Shown here: positions 38,693 to 51,942 of the stretch, in pieces
Layout: each line of letters starts with the position of its first letter
How positions within the stretch are numbered: position 1 is the stretch's first letter
Source of the DNA: the human T2T-CHM13v2.0 reference genome, Homo sapiens
Assembly (NCBI GenBank): GCA_009914755.4
Contig: CP068257.2
Coordinates: 43,072,001 to 43,136,000 of the forward strand
Reading direction: 5' to 3'
Length of the DNA stretch: 64,000 nt
Position numbers and translations under genes: made by a program
Notes under the pieces: model-generated
What the model saw: only the letters and a program-made list of their open reading frames with translations
Database searches by the model: none
Told to the model about the DNA's origin: nothing

Positions 38693-39016
38693 GCCCCAGG
38701 AATGAAACCATCCTCAGGCCGGGCGCTGTGTCCTCAGTGGTGGTGTCTAGGGATGGGGTACACAGCCCAGCCTCTGCCCAGGGCTCGGAAGCCCTTGGCC
38801 AAATCCCGGCTACTCCCTGCTCCGGCAGGCTGAGCGATGCCCGTGCATGCTGAGCCAACCAACCAACAAATGTCCCTGCCTTGTGTGCCGTGTGCATGCC
38901 AGGGCGGACGGCCTGCTTGCTATGGATGTGGGGCTCCCTGCAACCCCATGAGGCCCTGCAGCAGCCTGGCTGTGTCCCCGCACCCCTGTGTGTTGGCAGA
39001 GGTCAACACCACCGGA

Positions 39017-39205
39017 CCCCTCCACGCTGGCCCCCTGCCTCTCCATTCCCGCTTCCTCCCTGTGAACGCGCTGTCATTCCCGCTTCCTCCCTGTGAACGT
39101 GCTGTCATACCGACCCCTCCACACTGGCCCCCTGCCTCTCCATCCCCGCTTCCTCCCTGTGAATGTGCTGTCATTCCCGCTTCCTCCCTGTGAACGTGCT
39201 GTGCC
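39017..39205. repeat. Tandem repeat: about 90-bp higher-order unit x2, each containing two 31-bp subunits (attcccgcttcctccctgtgaacgtgctgtc)
   Basis: Read directly. Confidence 0.8.
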
Positions 39206-40276
39206 CTAAAGCCATGCTTCCTCCAAAGGCTGCACTCCATCCGCCCAGGTGATAAGAGTCGCTCAGACACTGTTGCTTATACGGCCGCACACACATCTCT
39301 AGCTGGTTTCTTGTTCCAATAATACTGGTATTTTTAAAAGCAAATTTGATTCCTTGATCCACCGTGGCTGGGTGTTTTGTAAAAGGTAGAATTAAATACC
39401 AGGTGTGTGTTAGATAATTGAACCAAGCTCACAAGGCACAGGTCAGTGAGTGTGACAATTGTCAGAGGCAGGCAGAGACCGTGATGGCCTCGGCTCTTAC
39501 AGAGAACATTCCCCAAGGGAGCAAAGCCTGGCAGGAGGCCTCCCTTGGAATTCACCGGAAACTTCAGATGCCAGTTACAGGGGAGCATCGAAACCGAGAA
39601 TGCCGCATTTATGCCCAGGCCCTCGCCCGCAGCGACCTAACCCCTTCCAGAGGCTCTGCTGGCTGGGGCTTGCACCTCTTCCCTGCAGCCGCTGGAGATC
39701 CCATGTCTGTTCCTGCACCCCGCAGGGTGAACCTTCAGAGGCCCAGCGCCAGGGTCCCTGTGCTGCTGAGAATGAAACCCGCCCTTGGGGGATGAAGTGC
39801 CTCTCCACCAGCTCCGGGGTCACAGTGTCGCTAAAACATCCGGCTGGGCTCTGCAAAACGGCGTCTTGGGGGCACAGCCTCTTCACAGCCACGGGGCCTC
39901 CCGGGAGGAGCACAGGCTTCTGGGTGTGCTCTGTCCCTGGGACCCTCAGCTCACAGGCCAGGAGGTGGGACCCCGGTGGCTGAGGAAATGGCCACACGCT
40001 CCCCATGTCCCGTGCGACTGCTATGGAAAGAGGTGATTCCCAAAAGGAAATGGGGGAGGGGGCGCCACCCAAATCAGGGAGAATGGGTGCTGTGGCCGAA
40101 TACACAAACGTGTCGCCGTAGCATCTCACAGGCCCCACATCCAAAACAGGCCCCACATCCATTGCTCCAAACCTGCTCCCGGCCCCTCGGTCCTCCCCAT
40201 GGCTCCAGCCGCCCCCTGCCCGGTGTCCCACTGGCAAGCCCTCGTCCTCCCTTTCTCCCTCCGCCCCCTCCAAGCC

Positions 40277-40408
40277 ATTGGCCCATCCTGTGGATTCCAC
40301 TCCGAATCCAACTCAGATTAATCAGCACAACCTGTGGACTCCACTTTGCATCCATCTCGGATCAATCGGCCCATCCTGTGGACTCCACTCCGAATCCATC
40401 TTGAGTGC
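40277..40408. repeat. About 44-bp tandem repeat x3 (atcggcccatcctgtggactccactccgaatcca...)
   Basis: Read directly. Confidence 0.7.
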
Positions 40409-40984
40409 ACCTGCTGTCTCCCTCTCCATAGTGCCCCCTGGCGCCCCCGCCCCCACTTAAGCCTCCAGCCTCCCAGCCTCCCAGCCTCCTCCTCCCTCAA
40501 CCCGACTCACCAGCAAGAGGGACCCCTTGAAGACCCGAGTCCCAGCGTGCGGCTCCTCAACCTCTTCCAGTCTCTCCTCGCAGGAGGGTAAGCTCCAAAC
40601 CCCCAGGCTGCCCGACGGAGCCCACGGCACCAGACTTCTCCCCACCAGCTCTGCCCAGGAGGCCTCTGCAGGAGGCCCCGGCCCGCTGGCTCCTGGACCC
40701 CTCACCCTCTGCTCAGCCCGGCCTTTGCCTGTGATGCTCCCAGAACGACCCTTTACAGCTACTGCAGATGGGAAGCCCCCTCCCCCCCGCCCGGGGCTGT
40801 GTGGGTTCATGGGGTGTGCCCTGGGCCGCTCCTCACCGCCTGGAGCGCTGGATGCTCCCTTCATCCATTTTCACTTGTGTATCGTCCATCTCCCCAAATC
40901 CACGAGGCCCACAGCTGCCGAGCGTTTTCTCCACTGTTATCCTAGCACCAAGCACAATGCCGGCCACCTGATGGGTAGTAAATA

Positions 40985-41100
40985 AGTGTAGAGAGAAAGA
41001 GAGGGAGAGAGGGAGAAACAGGAAGGAGGGAGAGTGGGAGGGAGAGAGGAAGGAAGGGAGGGAGGGACAAAGGGAAAGAGGGGGGAAGGAAAAGGGAACT
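40985..41100. repeat. GA-rich low complexity
   Basis: gagagaaagagagggagagagggagaaacaggaaggagggag... Confidence 0.6.
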
Positions 41101-41224
41101 TGTAAACTTCTAACATTTAACAATTTGTTGGCAGCTTACTGCATAAAGATGTGATTTTTGGCAACAGGAGCCAGGAAATGCTCAGTGCTGCTTCATGTGC
41201 TGAGCCTCTGCCACTGCACATGGC

Positions 41225-41400
41225 CTCACTGCCCGGGGCCGACAAGCTATGTGTGCACGCGAGAGTGCATGTGTGTCCATGAATGCGTGTGAGCGTGAGT
41301 GCACGTGCATGTGTGAGTGCGTGTGCACGCATGCTTGTGTGCATGTGTGCTGTGTGTGCACGTGTATGTGCATGTGAGGGTATGTGCATGTGTGTGAGTG
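41225..41400. repeat. Imperfect (GTGCATGT)n-like low complexity
   Basis: gtgtgcacgcgagagtgcatgtgtgtccatgaatgcgtgtgagcgtgagtgcacgtgcatgtgtg... Confidence 0.6.
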
Positions 41401-42608
41401 TACCTGTCTAACCAGCAACAGCCTCATTAGATTCCAAGGCTGCGTGAGTCACCTCCTGCCACAGGTAATTAAAACTGGGGAAAGGCCTGTGGCTTTGAAT
41501 GGGGCAGATAGAATCTAGCCAGATAAAGGAAATGATTGCATCTCCAGGTGGCTGAAGGGGAGGAAGCTGGACTCATTCCGAGTGTGACTCCAGGTTTTCA
41601 AGTGTAAAACACGAGGAGATGTCAGTCGGGTGCCACTGCTAATGAGGCAGCCCACAACTGGTCTCGACGTGCGTCTGTGCCTGTAAAAGATGAAAGTGCA
41701 GCAGCACCCTGAGAAATCACACATCTTCGCCGTCAGTACCGCTCAGGGCCCCAGCTACCTGTTCTGCGTGTCTGTGGCTGGGCCGTGTCTTCGTAGTAGA
41801 ATCCCGTGTCAAAGCACCCACCCTCAGAGGCTCCTGGGGGAGGCCCGGTTCTGTCCGGCAGCATGGGAGAGAGATGGTGCTGATGAAGAGGACAACACGG
41901 GGCTGTCTGCAGAGCACCTGCCACGCGCCAGGCTCTGTGTCCACAAGCACGGCGGCTGCTCCCACATGACAGAGCTCGTGTGGCAGCTCCAGGACTGTCT
42001 GGTGCCAGAGCCCCAGCTCTCCGCCAGCCCCAGGCCACTGTGCGAGGCCCTCAGTGAAGAGGGGGCCGTGGCTTTGACTGCAGGATGCACGGGCTCGGGG
42101 TCGGTTTCAGTCAATCCTTGATTTCTCATCGTTGCAGCTTCTCAGAGGAGTCAGTTCACAACGAGCAGAACAGCTTCCTGGAGAATCCTCCACACAGGAG
42201 GTAACCATGGAAAAAGTGTCTACATATGGCTCTGATATGAAAAACTAAGCTCTGGACTTAAAACAGTGTAGCAGTCCATAAACCAGAGAGGTGAAGTGAA
42301 GAGACCCACCTGAGTGTGTGCAGCAGCAGCCCAGGCCGTCTGTGCCCTCCTCATGCTGAAGACCTTTCCAGAGCTCGAAAAACACGTCTAAAACCTCGTG
42401 AATACCATCAAAGAGGTAACAAGCCAGTGAGCACTCCTGGGTCAAGACCCAAGAGAGGATAGAAAGTCAAGAGATGGGCCCAGGGTTTGGAACCGCTTTG
42501 CTCTGGAGGTATTTGACAACCTGCAGGAGGCAGCTAAGTAACTGAGCTGAGTCGCCCATGACCTGGAGAACAGGAACTGAGGTCTGCCCAACAAAGGTGG
42601 GTGCCCCA

Positions 42609-42936
<328 letters not shown>

Positions 42937-43534
42937 TCATGCCAGGACCCAGAAGGGTTGCATTCTAGGACCAGGGTGAGCAGAATACAAATTAGCCCTT
43001 GCACAGCCTGCAGCCTGGCTTCTAGGCATTCAGGCCAGGAAAACATCAAACCCAGAAATTATGTTAAGGCAATCTCCAAATACTGATGCCAGCAGGCACC
43101 TAGCAGAAGCCATTTGTAAAATCCTATCTGGAAGAAAATAACACTATACCAGGCCTCAAATTATTTTTTATGAATAAGTTTTCAAATAAAATGCCCAGAA
43201 TATAAAGATGACCAAGCATACAAGGATACACAACCACATGAACAAAAACTGGCCAAAACAACAGAAAATAGACCCTCAAAGACTCCAGATTAGACATAGA
43301 TGTAAACATCTGGGCAAGCTTGGAAATTTTGGCAGGAAACTAGAAATTATGAAAAGTGGAATCTGCATGTTTGAAACACTACAAACAAATTGCCACAAAC
43401 TTAGAGGCTTAAAATAACATAATTTATTCTCACACAGTTCTGGAGGTCGGAAGATCAAAATGAGTCTCCCTGGACTATTCCAACATATTTTTAACTCCAA
43501 TCCCGGAAGGAAAGGGGAGAGAAAATGGGGAGAA

Positions 43535-43760
43535 AGGAACATTTAAACAGATACAAGCTGGCAATTTTCCAAAACTGATAAAATGCATCATTCTGCAGAT
43601 TTGAGAGACCAAGAGAAATCCAAGCTGGATAGATAAAAAGAAACACCATAGTGAAACTACAGAAAACTAAAGTCAAAGCATTACAGCAGCCAAAGAAAAC
43701 TGCAGACTTCCTTCAGAGGAGCCACAGGAAGCCGCACAGTGTTCATGGAAGCCAAGAGAC
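43535..43760 (+). mobile_element. Old L1 (L1M-type) internal fragment
   Basis: ccaaaactgataaaatgcatcattctgcagatttgagagaccaagagaaatccaagctggatagataaaaagaaacaccatagtgaaactacagaaaactaaagtcaaagc resembles the L1 ORF1-ORF2 junction region. Confidence 0.4.
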
Positions 43761-43947
43761 AGTAGGGAGGCATTTCCGGTCCACTCCCAATCTACGATCC
43801 CCCACCACGCAAATGCCCCTGGATGCAACCTCTATTCTTTGTACAGCAGCTGGGTTGGTAAAATAGAAACTTCAATATCCTGCCACCTGGGGGACCACTC
43901 ATTCCCCAAACATTTAGAGGGGACTGTTCTGTATAACGGGTTAAATG

Positions 43948-44001
43948 TCTTCTGGGTGACAGAGCAAGGCCCTGTCTCAAAAAAAAAAAAAAAAAAAAAA
44001 A
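43948..44001 (+). mobile_element. Alu 3' tail fragment with poly-A
   Basis: ctgggtgacagagcaaggccctgtctcaaaaaaaaaaaaaaaaaaaaaa. Confidence 0.5.
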
Positions 44002-44102
44002 GAATACCATCTTGACCCTCTTTGTAATAATTTATTTGAGACCCTTTGAGACCACCCCCCCCCCCGTAAAAATTCAAATTACTTTTTAATTTGCAAAATT
44101 TA

Positions 44103-44468
<366 letters not shown>

Positions 44469-47400
44469 TCAGGAATGTGGGAAGGTTCTAGAAGGCCAAT
44501 GGCTACAGCACCAAAGCATGCTGGAGGAGCAGGGAGGTCTGGACACCAGGCATGACCCAAAGGGCCCCAGATCTGCTTTGCAGGGCCACCAGACCCCACA
44601 TCGAACCCTGTGGACAAACGTTTCTCTTGAGACTTGTCTGCTGCGGTTTGCCACACTTACTACAGTTACCACGGGACTGAACGAAGGAGGACAAATGCAG
44701 AAATGAAAACTTAAACTGTTGGAAAGAAGGGGTTTGGGGAAGAAGAAGAGGGCTCCCTGCTTCTAGTGAGCAAGGGCCACCGCCGCGAGCTTCTACAGCC
44801 CTTCATATTTATTAGGTAGAAAGAGCAGGGAGGAGGAGGTAACGATCGGAGGGCTGCTTGATTGATCACAGGTTCACATTATTGCTCACAGGCTTCAGAT
44901 GTGCCTCATCACAAGAAACACCGCGCTTGACGCGTAACTGCCCTCAGCATTTCTTCGGGGCAGCAGACGCAGTTTGTCAGTTTGCCAGCATTCTGCATTT
45001 ATGAGAACAGTTTGCTGTCTACTCATACAGCCTCCAGTGGTATACTGAGTGGATCACGACCCTCACTCTTTCGGCCTGCAACACTTGTCTAGTCTTAGCA
45101 TGTGATGGGGCCTCTGCTTCCCTGCTCCCCTCAACAGCTGTCCAGCCGTCTTAAGGACACAGTCAAGAATATGAACAAAGATAGTGTTTGCAATGGTTTT
45201 CATGGTAGAAAAGACCTGACTGCCACAGGGAAGACTGATAGGGCCTCTGAGGTGGCTCTGAAGTGGGGGGCCACTCAGACGCCTGAATGCCAACTGGAGG
45301 GAATGTGCGTAGGGCCTGAGAAAGGCTGAGAAAGGCTGTGAGTCTGGGATCAGGAGACGTGCAGGGCTGAACGCCATCTGTGCCCTGGAGTCGGTCACTA
45401 TAGTCCATCAGGGCCCCATCTCGGCGCCGGAGACACCAGCAGGCAGGCAGCATGCAAAGGCTCCCACTTGCTTCTGACCAGGCCCACCCTCGCCACCTCT
45501 GCCATCCCCAGCATCCTGGTACAGAGCACTGTGCCGGGTATTAAAATATAACATGTGTCCAAAGACAGGGCACGAGATCAGGGCACCAAGAAGCAATTAT
45601 CAGCAGTGCTGATCCAGACCATGGATATATTTTAGATCCAGCTTTTTGCTAACCTTTCTTTTCTAATTTCTCCAAAATGATCATAAATTGATTTTTCATT
45701 GAAAATTAAAAGGCTTTTTTCAGTGTTTTGTCTATTTAAGGAGAGGCCACTGCCACGGTCCAGCTGAGAGAGAACAACCTAGAATGCAGGTGGGGTAGTT
45801 TGAGAATCACCAGGACATGGGGCCATGTGTTCAGGCAGGGCCTGATGGGGAAGATACGGGGACCCTGGGACCTGATGGGGCAGCTGGGGGTGGTGACTGG
45901 AGCTCCAGCCACAATGACTGGACCACTCAGACAGTTTGGGACAGGGAGGGTAGGGAGGGCGTGCACTGACGTTTCAAGAAAACCATGAGGAGACTGTGGA
46001 GGGAGGCAAGTGCTGGAAAGCAGATGCCCAGTTGGAATCCCAGAGAGCCCAGGTGGAAGAGGCAGCTGAGGAGGGGCTGCCAAAGAGGAGACCACACAGT
46101 AGAGAGCTGGGGGGCGGGGGGGGGGGTCAGAAGAGGTGTGGAGACGGAACCCCAAAGTCCCTGAACGCTGAAGACCAGCACAAGGCTGGGTGAAATACGA
46201 AAGCATCAGTGGAGGTAGTTTAAAGAGGAGCTTGGCTGACAGTTCCCTTAAGCCCCCAGCAGAAGCAAAAGCAAATGGTCTCGGGGGAAACACACCTCCA
46301 AGGCATGCCTGGCTCAGAATGGACTGGGCACACAGAGGGAAGGCCCCAGTGTCTGGGGGGCTGGACTCCCTTCCTAGAAGTGCCACGAGGCAGTGGCAGA
46401 AGCCCCACCAGCCTGGGTCCCTGAGTGACTCTGTGGAACAGAGCCCCTCTGAAGATCTCACTGGACTGGTTGGTAATGAATGCGAGAAGCAAACTTACCT
46501 CAAGCCCTAAGATTTGGGAACCATTTGCTTCTGCAGCATAAGCCAGGCCCACTCTGACTGACAGAAACATGTCCCCAGCCGGGACCCCCACAAAACCATA
46601 CGCAGGCCACAGGTATTTGCCGCATGAGTGGCCACAGGCAGCCCGGTGTGGTCCACAAACCCCCAGGGCCAGTTCCTGAGGCCCAGCATGGTCCTGCAGC
46701 CAGAGGGTGCCACCTCCCTGGCCTGTGGGGTCTTCCCCCAATGCCACCCACTCAGCCCTCAGGGATTGGTGGAAGGGGCCAGCCAGTGTCCGAGGCAAAC
46801 CCCTCAGGCTGCACTCTCTGCCAGTGCGGAGCTCCAGGTACAATGAGCGACACCCTCAGCCACCAAGGCCCAGCTGGGGTGTGAGCCGGCACCCATGGGT
46901 GACCTCCTCTACCACCTGCATGCAGGTGGACATGGCAGCAGCAGCCTGATATGGGGGCTGCAGGGACCCCAGCTCCCCCTGCAGGGACACTCACCTGGTA
47001 ACCAAGCCTGTGTAGGCTGGCAAATCAGATGATTCAGGTGGCTAATTTATTTATGACAAACAGGCTAAATGTAGGTTAATTACTTTGTAATCATTGTCTG
47101 GAGGGCACATGGAGGGACCAGAGGCGGTCCACACACACTGAGTGTGGGCAAGTGAGCGCTGTCTCATGGGGCTGCTGCCAGCTGCCCGGGGCCCTGCAGG
47201 CTGGAGATATCTGCCCCGCGGCAGGCGCCCCAGGAGTGGGACGAGCCCAGGTGGAGGAACATCAGGCGTCACCTGTCCAGGGCTTGCACACTGGTGCCCT
47301 GGGCAGTTCGTGGTGCACACCTGTGTGTATGCGGAGCCTGTTTGCCCCCAGGTCCTGCAGCCCCTCATCCTACCCTGGAGCTGTGTCTTTGTGGTCCCTC

Positions 47401-49709
47401 GTAAACGTGGGGCCCCTTGTGATACCTGGGGCAGCCCCTCCTCACTGTCGCCAGCTGGCCCCTGGGCTCCCGCCACAGTCTCCTCCTTCCTGGACTCCAT
47501 CCTTTCCCATACAACAGGACAAGTGAACATTCCCGAAGGTCAGTCTGGATCCCGGGCTACAGGGCCCCCCAGAGCTGTGCCACGCCTCCCTCACATCCCC
47601 CACCCCCAGGCACAGCCCTACCAGGCCAGCTCAGGAGCCCCTGCCTCTCCCTAAACTCCAAAGCTCCACCCTCATTCCAGAACGAGCTGCTGCCCTGAGC
47701 CCTCCCCACCCTGACCTGGCTCCTTCTGCTGAGGCTCCAGCCCTCCCTGAGCCCGCTGAGGCCGAAGCCCCACCTTGGGGCCACGCTCTCCAATCAGCCG
47801 GCCACTTTGGCTGACAGTGGCTGGTAGGCTTCTCCAGCTCCCACAGCCATGGAAGCGAGGGACTGCTCCACCCCTACAGAGGGCTCTGGTTGGGCACACA
47901 GCAAACCCCACCACAGTGGGAGGGCCCGGCCACCAGGCCAGCATGCCCTCCTGCCAGCCCCCTGTGAGCCACAACCCAGAAAGAGCCTGGAGCTGAGCGG
48001 CCCCTGCTGCCCTGTGGCCCCTCTTCTCCCCGTGGACATCAGGCCAGTGGTGTTGCCAGATGACCATCCCTGCCCAGGGGGTCTTGCCCTCATGGCAGTG
48101 GTTGGTGTCCTTGCACAGAGCCCAGTGACAACCCCCCACGGCCAGCTCAGGGCACCGACACTGATGGGCAGCGGCCTCTCTGAGATGGGGCTTCTGGCCT
48201 TTCCTGCTTCTTTGGATGGGCCTTAGCCAAGGTCTGTCGGAATCTCCAAACCAGGCCTCCAAACGCCGAGTGTGGGCTCAGACGCCCAATGACTAAAGCC
48301 AAAATGAGCATCACATAAGCTCTGAATGCGCTCTTTAAAGGGTGACGAACAGGTGTCAAAACTGAACTTATGTTTGCTTGCGTCCCCTCCCTGGAGGTGC
48401 GCGGCCCTCACTCTCTCCCTGCAGCAGACTTCAGGAGAAAACGCAGAAGATTTGGCTGCACCCACTCCTGCTCCTCAGAGTGCTGAGCAAGAGCGGTCGG
48501 TCTGAGCAGTCGGGCAGAGTTGTACCTGCAAAAGGCAGGCCACAGATTACCAACGTTCCCATCGCTATTTCACGATTTTCAAATTAAAAAGTGACACATA
48601 TTGGCTCTAACAAGGGAATCAATACAAAATAAAGGTGTGAATTCCCTCAAGGTTCTGCTGCTGACTAGAATGGGGGCCTAGTCCTGGACTAGCACGTCTG
48701 CCCTAAACAGTCAAACACTGGACGGAACGCACAGGCACCAGTCTACAGGCGCGGGTGGGTGAAGGCTGTGATCCAGGGGGAAGGACACACTGCAGATGCC
48801 ACAGCTCCCTTCCCAGGGCAATTTCTACCCAGGCACAGAGGCTTGACTCCAGGCAGAGCCTGGCAGGGCCCCTGAGCCTAGGAGCTGGAGACGGAAGCAG
48901 GAGGGCACAGAGGCGGGGCCTAAAATTCATGGGGCCCCAAGGCCTCAGCTGGGTGCTGCTGCATTTGCCCGGAGGGAGCACGTGGCAACCTACAGAGAAG
49001 CTGCCTTGGGCTGAGGGGGGAGGAAACAAGAAGTGGAGGGTGCTGGGGACACAGAGCTCTGGCCAGGCCAGCATGGAAAGAGCCCCCGAATCCCTCTGAG
49101 ATCCCCTGGGCATCCAGCCGAGAAACTAGAAAGGCCACAACTGAGAAGTGAGGAAGACACCCTCAAGTAGGTCTACCCTAGACGCTGGCCATGCCTAAAG
49201 GCAAGCCCTGGCAGGAGCCACAGGAGAGACGGAGGGTGGACACGGAGTCCCACTCAGGTACAGAGACTTGGGAGGCCCTTGTGACATTTCTCAGACTCCA
49301 CCCAACAAATGGTAAAACCAAACTCGGACCAATTCAGGTGGACCCACCAGTTCTCAAGCGCCAAGGGGACCAAGAGCAACAGTTCTCTTCTGGAGAAGGG
49401 GAGAGTCCAGGGCGTCTTCCACGAACAGTTACATTGCTTTTCTCTCCACGCTCATCACTGCCTTGTTCTGAGGCAGCTCCAGCTGTGCTGAGCTGCACGG
49501 AGCAGGGGAGACATTCTCAGAGCATTCCAGATTCCAGCCAGAGACGGTGGGGAAGGGGCCCTGGAGCTCCTGGGAAGAGGGCTGGGCAAGGCCTCTCACT
49601 CAGGCATGGACCAAAGAATGTTCTTGGCTCCCCAAAGCTGCACACACACAGAAAAGGTCCACGCCGCACAGAAAAGCTCCCGAGAGCTCTGCCGCCACCA
49701 CCAGAGTCT

Positions 49710-50105
49710 GGAAACATAACATTCAAAATATTCACATAAAATTACTCAACATATAGTGAATTTAAAAATTACAATTCTCGAGGAAAAGATAATCAACAGA
49801 TGCCAACCCCAAGACGCAGCCGAGGCTGGAACCATCAGACGAGGCTCTAAGGCAGTTCCGGCAGCGTCCTCTGGAGGCAAAGGTGAGCACACCTGGGCTG
49901 CGTGAGAGGACAGGCGTTCCCAACAGAGAAACGGAGAGCAGGAAACAAACCTACACAAAGACTGTAGAACTAAAAAATACAACATACGAAATACAAATTT
50001 TACCCCATGGGCGCACAGCAGAATGGAGATGGTGGAAGAGTCAGTGGCCTTGAAGATGGGTGAATAGAAACGGCACATTCTGAAGAACAGAGAGCAAAGG
50101 GTGAG
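49710..50105 (+). mobile_element. Old L1 (L1M) 5'UTR/ORF1-start fragment
   Basis: aaaattactcaacatatagtgaatttaaaaattacaattctcgaggaaaagataatcaacagatgccaac...aaaaatacaacatacgaaatacaa...gatggtggaagagtcagtggccttgaagatgggtgaatagaaa...ctgaagaacagagagcaaag parallels the L1 ORF1 N-terminal region. Confidence 0.5.
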
Positions 50106-51942
50106 TGTGTATGTGTGTGTGAGCACGTGTGAGTGGCTGTGTGCCTGGGCGTGTGTGGGCGTGGCACTGTGTGGGTGAGCAGGTGTGGGGGTCTGGCATG
50201 CGAGGGTGGTGCAGGGGCGTGGCCGGGTAGCTCCCTGGTCCATTCCCCACCCCACTGCCCTCCAGCACCTGGTGTTCGGCATGTCACGGGCTCTGCCCTC
50301 CTCTCCTTCCCTGTCACCACCCACATCGTTGTCTATGGCAAACCCCAGCCCTGGGTTCTCAAACAGAAGCAGCCCAGTGGAAGGTTAGGCTGACTCGGTC
50401 CAGCTGAGTTCCGGGGTTGGGTCCCTGTTTGCAGGCCCATTGGCCAGCACCCCAGTCTCTGCCCGCTGGAGGCCGACAGCTCCTCACTGTGACAACCAGA
50501 AAGGTCTGCAGATGCCGCCCAGTGTGCCCAGGAGGCCAGGCAGCCCCTCGTTAGGAACCCCTGTGACAAACACAGAAGGGGACTGGGTTGGAGATCACAC
50601 TCAACTGGAGGTTACGTTTTCACATTTCTTGCTAGAAGCAACCGGAATGGATAGGCATTGGCAAGCCGATTCCAGGACCTCTGGCCAGGAAGCCCAGGGC
50701 CTGCAGCTCTCTGTCCAGCTCCCAGTGTGCTAAGAGTGGACCTTGGCCATGCCGCAACTGCCAACTTCAACCAGGAAGGGCTGCCACAGCTAGGCTCGCT
50801 ACGTACCCTTGCTAGGTAGCTAATTCAGTCTCGTCAGAGCCACCAGACACAGACTCTCGTGACCCCACGGCATCAAGGAGGGTTACGTGGCTGGTGGGGG
50901 CAGGATGAGGAGCCAACCTGTCTTCCATCCAGGGACGCAGCTCCCAGGCCCAGATGGCGACCCAGCTCCACCCAGCCCTGGGGTCTTTGTAGGCAGGCCC
51001 AGGAGTGGCCAGCTAAGGGCACGTGTTTGTCTTGCCCACGTCCCCATCAGTTCCAGGGATCAGGTTCTTGCCACATCCACCTCTCAGCAGCCCCTGTGGG
51101 AGGAGAGAGGGGTGTGCTCCAACGCTGGCTGCCTGCAGGGCTGCTCTGGGGCTGGGATGAGTAGCCTTCCCAGGTGCCCACTCTGGGCTGCTCGGGCCCT
51201 ATCTCTACCATGTACGCCCCTGGAGCCCACGAGCCGCTGGCCTCACTGCCCTGGGCTCCACCCTCCATAGCAAGTCAGGGCTGACACGACAGGACACCTG
51301 CGGAGCAGCCCAGGCACGAGGGAAGAGACAGAGACAGATGGAGAGACAGAGACCGAGAGATAGAGAACTTCACAAAAGAGCAGGCCAAATGCTTTGCTGG
51401 AACTGCTCCAAAGACGCCCCCACAGGCACACACACTCTCCTACATGTGTGCACATATCTGCACACAGGTGTGCACAAACACACATGCTTGGTGACGTGGA
51501 ACCCGAGGTCTGGGTGGGATCGGCCCCCCCGGGACATTTGGGATCGTGCTGCAGCCCCGTCCTCTGCTTTAGGAGCTCCTTCAGGTGGGAACCAGTCCAG
51601 CAGGAGAAACCCGTGAGAATCCCAAAGTCTCTTCTGCCCTTAAGCTGCAGATGTTTCATGTGGTTCCAACTCATTTAGTATATTATCCAGGATTTCAAAG
51701 ATCCATTAGCAAAGGACAACCTTCCACGTTTGTTTCCATCTGAATTGGTTCCAACGAGACAGTCCTCTGCCAGAAAGCCCCACACACGCACACAACCTGA
51801 GAACTCTTCTGGTTTCCCGCTGCTCCTCCACCAGCCCTGAGCAAACAGGAGTGCCCCGCACAGAGGCTGGGGCCATGGCAGGTGTCCAACATGCTCCCTG
51901 CCCAGCAGGGATGTGCCTGTCATGGGACGTCCAAGGGACAGG

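Noticed and set aside
38087-38853. ORFs of 248 and 217 aa (Pro/His/Thr-rich)
   Set aside because: Periodic translation of the 60-bp VNTR (HPPH.AGLPAPG.HPT.PVTHPT repeated). Low complexity.
38340-39205. Possible CRISPR-like arrays (regular direct repeats)
   Set aside because: Sequence is human. The repeats are contiguous with no unique spacers. Classic VNTR/minisatellite structure.
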